NCBI GenBank assembly: GCA_023249095.1
Contig: JAHFDK010000013.1
Coordinates: 28-64,027 of the forward strand
Direction of reading: 5' to 3'
DNA from: Candidatus Rokuibacteriota bacterium
GTDB lineage: Bacteria > Methylomirabilota > Methylomirabilia > Rokubacteriales > CSP1-6
DNA: 64,000 nt
In this document: positions 62,621 through 64,000 of the stretch, piece after piece
How the letters are laid out: each line of letters starts with the position of its first letter
How positions within the stretch are numbered: the stretch's first letter is position 1
Notes under the pieces: generated by a model
What the model was told of the DNA's origin: nothing
Databases searched by the model: none
Seen by the model: only the letters and a program-made list of their open reading frames with translations
Position numbers and translations under genes: made by a program

Positions 62621-62760
62621 CCGTGCCAGCGTGGCGCGGGAATTCCCCGCCGGTGACGTGGAGCGGCAACGCCGGCGAGAGTCTCGAGGGCTAACGCGGC
62701 CTCCGACCATACGATGCAGCCGCGCGAGTCAAGGGCACACGCCTTGCACCCAGCCTGGGC

Positions 62761-63156
62761 GTGTCCCGCTCTCTCGGCCTCGCGCTCATCGTCGCCTCAA
62801 TCGCCGTCGCCGGCTGCGCCGGGACCCGGGTGGGTCACGCTGGGCGGCTCCCCACCGGCGATCGACTGGTGACCGTCGTCATCAGCGAGGACCGCGAGGC
62901 CGTCGACCGTGAGTGCGGCTTCCCTCTGTCTGTCGGCCCGATCTATGGGTGCCAGACGTCACACGCGGTCGCTCTGCCCGATGGCCGCACGGCGCGCTCC
63001 ATCAAGGTCGTCCGCTACACGGACGTGCTGCCCTCGATGATGGCCTTCGAGATCGAGATCCACGAGTTCTGTCATGCGATCGCCGCGCTGCAAACCATCG
63101 ACGATCCCTGCCACGCGGAGAACAACGGCCTGCTCCGGACGTCCCGGCGCCGCTAG
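62761..63156 (+). CDS. Small lipoprotein with an HExxH-like motif
   Basis: Lipobox 'LGLALIVASIAVAGC' and 'FEIEIHEFCHAIA' (H-E-x-x-H). GTG start. It overlaps the convergent tupA stop by 4 nt. Confidence 0.55.
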   Translation: MSRSLGLALIVASIAVAGCAGTRVGHAGRLPTGDRLVTVVISEDREAVDRECGFPLSVGPIYGCQTSHAVALPDGRTARSIKVVRYTDVLPSMMAFEIEIHEFCHAIAALQTIDDPCHAENNGLLRTSRRR

Positions 63157-63989
63157 TCCTTGCCCCCGACCTCGTCCTCTTTCATGCCGGCGACGGGCAC
63201 GAACAGGGGCTGGCCGTACTTGTCGACGCCGAATGTCTTGATGATCTTCTGAACGTCGGACGAGACCATGAAGTCGGCGAAGACGTTGCCGCCCACCGTG
63301 TTGATTCTGGGGCCGTTGCTCGGATTGACCTCCATGACGGAGTAGATGTTGAGGAGGGGCCTGTCGCCTTCGAGCAGGATCGGCAGGCGCACCCGCCGCT
63401 GGAACGCCAGGTAGGTCCCGCGGTCGGTCAGCGTGTAGGCCTTCCGGTCGTCGGCGATGCCGAGCGTCACGCCCATCCCCTGCCCGGACTCGATGTACCA
63501 CCCCGCCTGGGGCTCGACACCGGCCAGCTTCCAGAGCGCCCTTTCGAGAGTGTGGGTGCCCGAATTGTCGCCCCGCGAGACGAAGCGCGAGCCGGTCGCG
63601 GCGATGGCCTGCATCGCGTCCGCCGCCTTCTTCGTCCCCTTGACCTTCGCCGGGTCGGCGGCCGGTCCGATGATGACGAAGTCGTTGTACATGACGAGCC
63701 GCCGGTTCAGCATCTTGCCGTCCGCGACGTATTTCTTCTCGAGCCCGGGCGCATGCGCGAGCACGACGTCAGCCTCGCCACGCGCCGCGAGCGCGAGCGC
63801 CTGGCCCGTGCCCACCGCGATCGTCTTGACGCTGTAGCCCGTCTGGCGCTCGAACATTGGGACCAGGACGTCGAGCAATCCCGAATCCTGGGTGCTCGTG
63901 GTCGTCGACAGGATGACCGGGGGCCGCTGCGCCTCGGCGGGCAGCGGGAGGATCGCCAGGACGAGCGCGGTCAGGAGCGCGTGGAGCAT
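63153..63989 (-). CDS. tupA: Tungstate/molybdate-type ABC substrate-binding protein (TupA-like)
   Basis: Signal peptide, then 'VILSTTTSTQDSGLLDVLVPMFE' and 'SRGDNSGTHTLE', which match the TupA anion-binding signature (TTTS...SGT). Confidence 0.8.
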   Translation of the reverse strand: MLHALLTALVLAILPLPAEAQRPPVILSTTTSTQDSGLLDVLVPMFERQTGYSVKTIAVGTGQALALAARGEADVVLAHAPGLEKKYVADGKMLNRRLVMYNDFVIIGPAADPAKVKGTKKAADAMQAIAATGSRFVSRGDNSGTHTLERALWKLAGVEPQAGWYIESGQGMGVTLGIADDRKAYTLTDRGTYLAFQRRVRLPILLEGDRPLLNIYSVMEVNPSNGPRINTVGGNVFADFMVSSDVQKIIKTFGVDKYGQPLFVPVAGMKEDEVGGKD

Positions 63990-64000
63990 CAGTCCCCTGA

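Noticed and set aside
1-64000. rRNA, tRNA, tmRNA, RNase P or SRP RNA genes, prophage or integrase genes, and toxin-antitoxin pairs
   Set aside because: Nothing I could recognise by eye. The intergenic space is too small except at 58.0-58.8 kb, where I saw no conserved RNA motif. A covariance-model scan would be needed to exclude small ncRNAs.

Overview
Visibly very GC-rich bacterial chromosomal fragment (G+C not computed). Genes are tightly packed, with many 4-nt GTGA or ATGA stop/start overlaps. An outer-membrane beta-barrel with a C-terminal aromatic residue and several lipoproteins indicate a diderm. I saw no rRNA, tRNA, CRISPR array or transposase. Many long ORFs in the supplied track are Arg/Pro/Gly/Ala-rich alternate-frame artefacts of the GC bias and are not reported. 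Layout: (i) 1-19.8 kb, minus strand, holds a complete division/cell-wall (dcw) cluster: mraZ-rsmH-ftsL-ftsI-murE-murF-mraY-murD-ftsW-murC-murB-ftsQ-ftsA-ftsZ. It is followed by pgeF-yggS-proC-yggT-divIVA-DUF167-mtnA'. It has a recognisable promoter and tandem MraZ boxes, but no murG, ddl or sepF. (ii) 20-35 kb holds housekeeping and accessory genes: a pseudopilin-like orphan, a peptide-type ABC importer plus amidase, DUF445, an adenine-deaminase-like gene, arfB, a fused indolepyruvate:ferredoxin oxidoreductase, GNAT, GAF and a secreted thermonuclease. (iii) 35.6-42.6 kb, minus strand, is the most interesting part: a lasso-peptide (RiPP) operon. It encodes B1 (PqqD/RRE), B2 (protease), C (cyclase), a 51-aa precursor hidden inside a spurious 373-aa ORF, a PRMT-like methyltransferase with an RRE-like tail, an HPr-kinase-like kinase, a nucleotidyltransferase, a YacP/NYN protein and a small Arg-rich protein. 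(iv) 42.7-64 kb holds ggt, a pentaheme cytochrome c, pepN, a Spy/CpxP-like protein and crcB with a disrupted DUF190 partner. It also holds an apparent cAMP-centred signalling neighbourhood: a protease-TM-rhodanese-cNMP fusion, a CHASE2-cyclase-PilZ fusion and a FecR-like protein divergent from a TPR beta-barrel. It ends with tupA. All functional calls come from reading the translations by eye. No database search was run.
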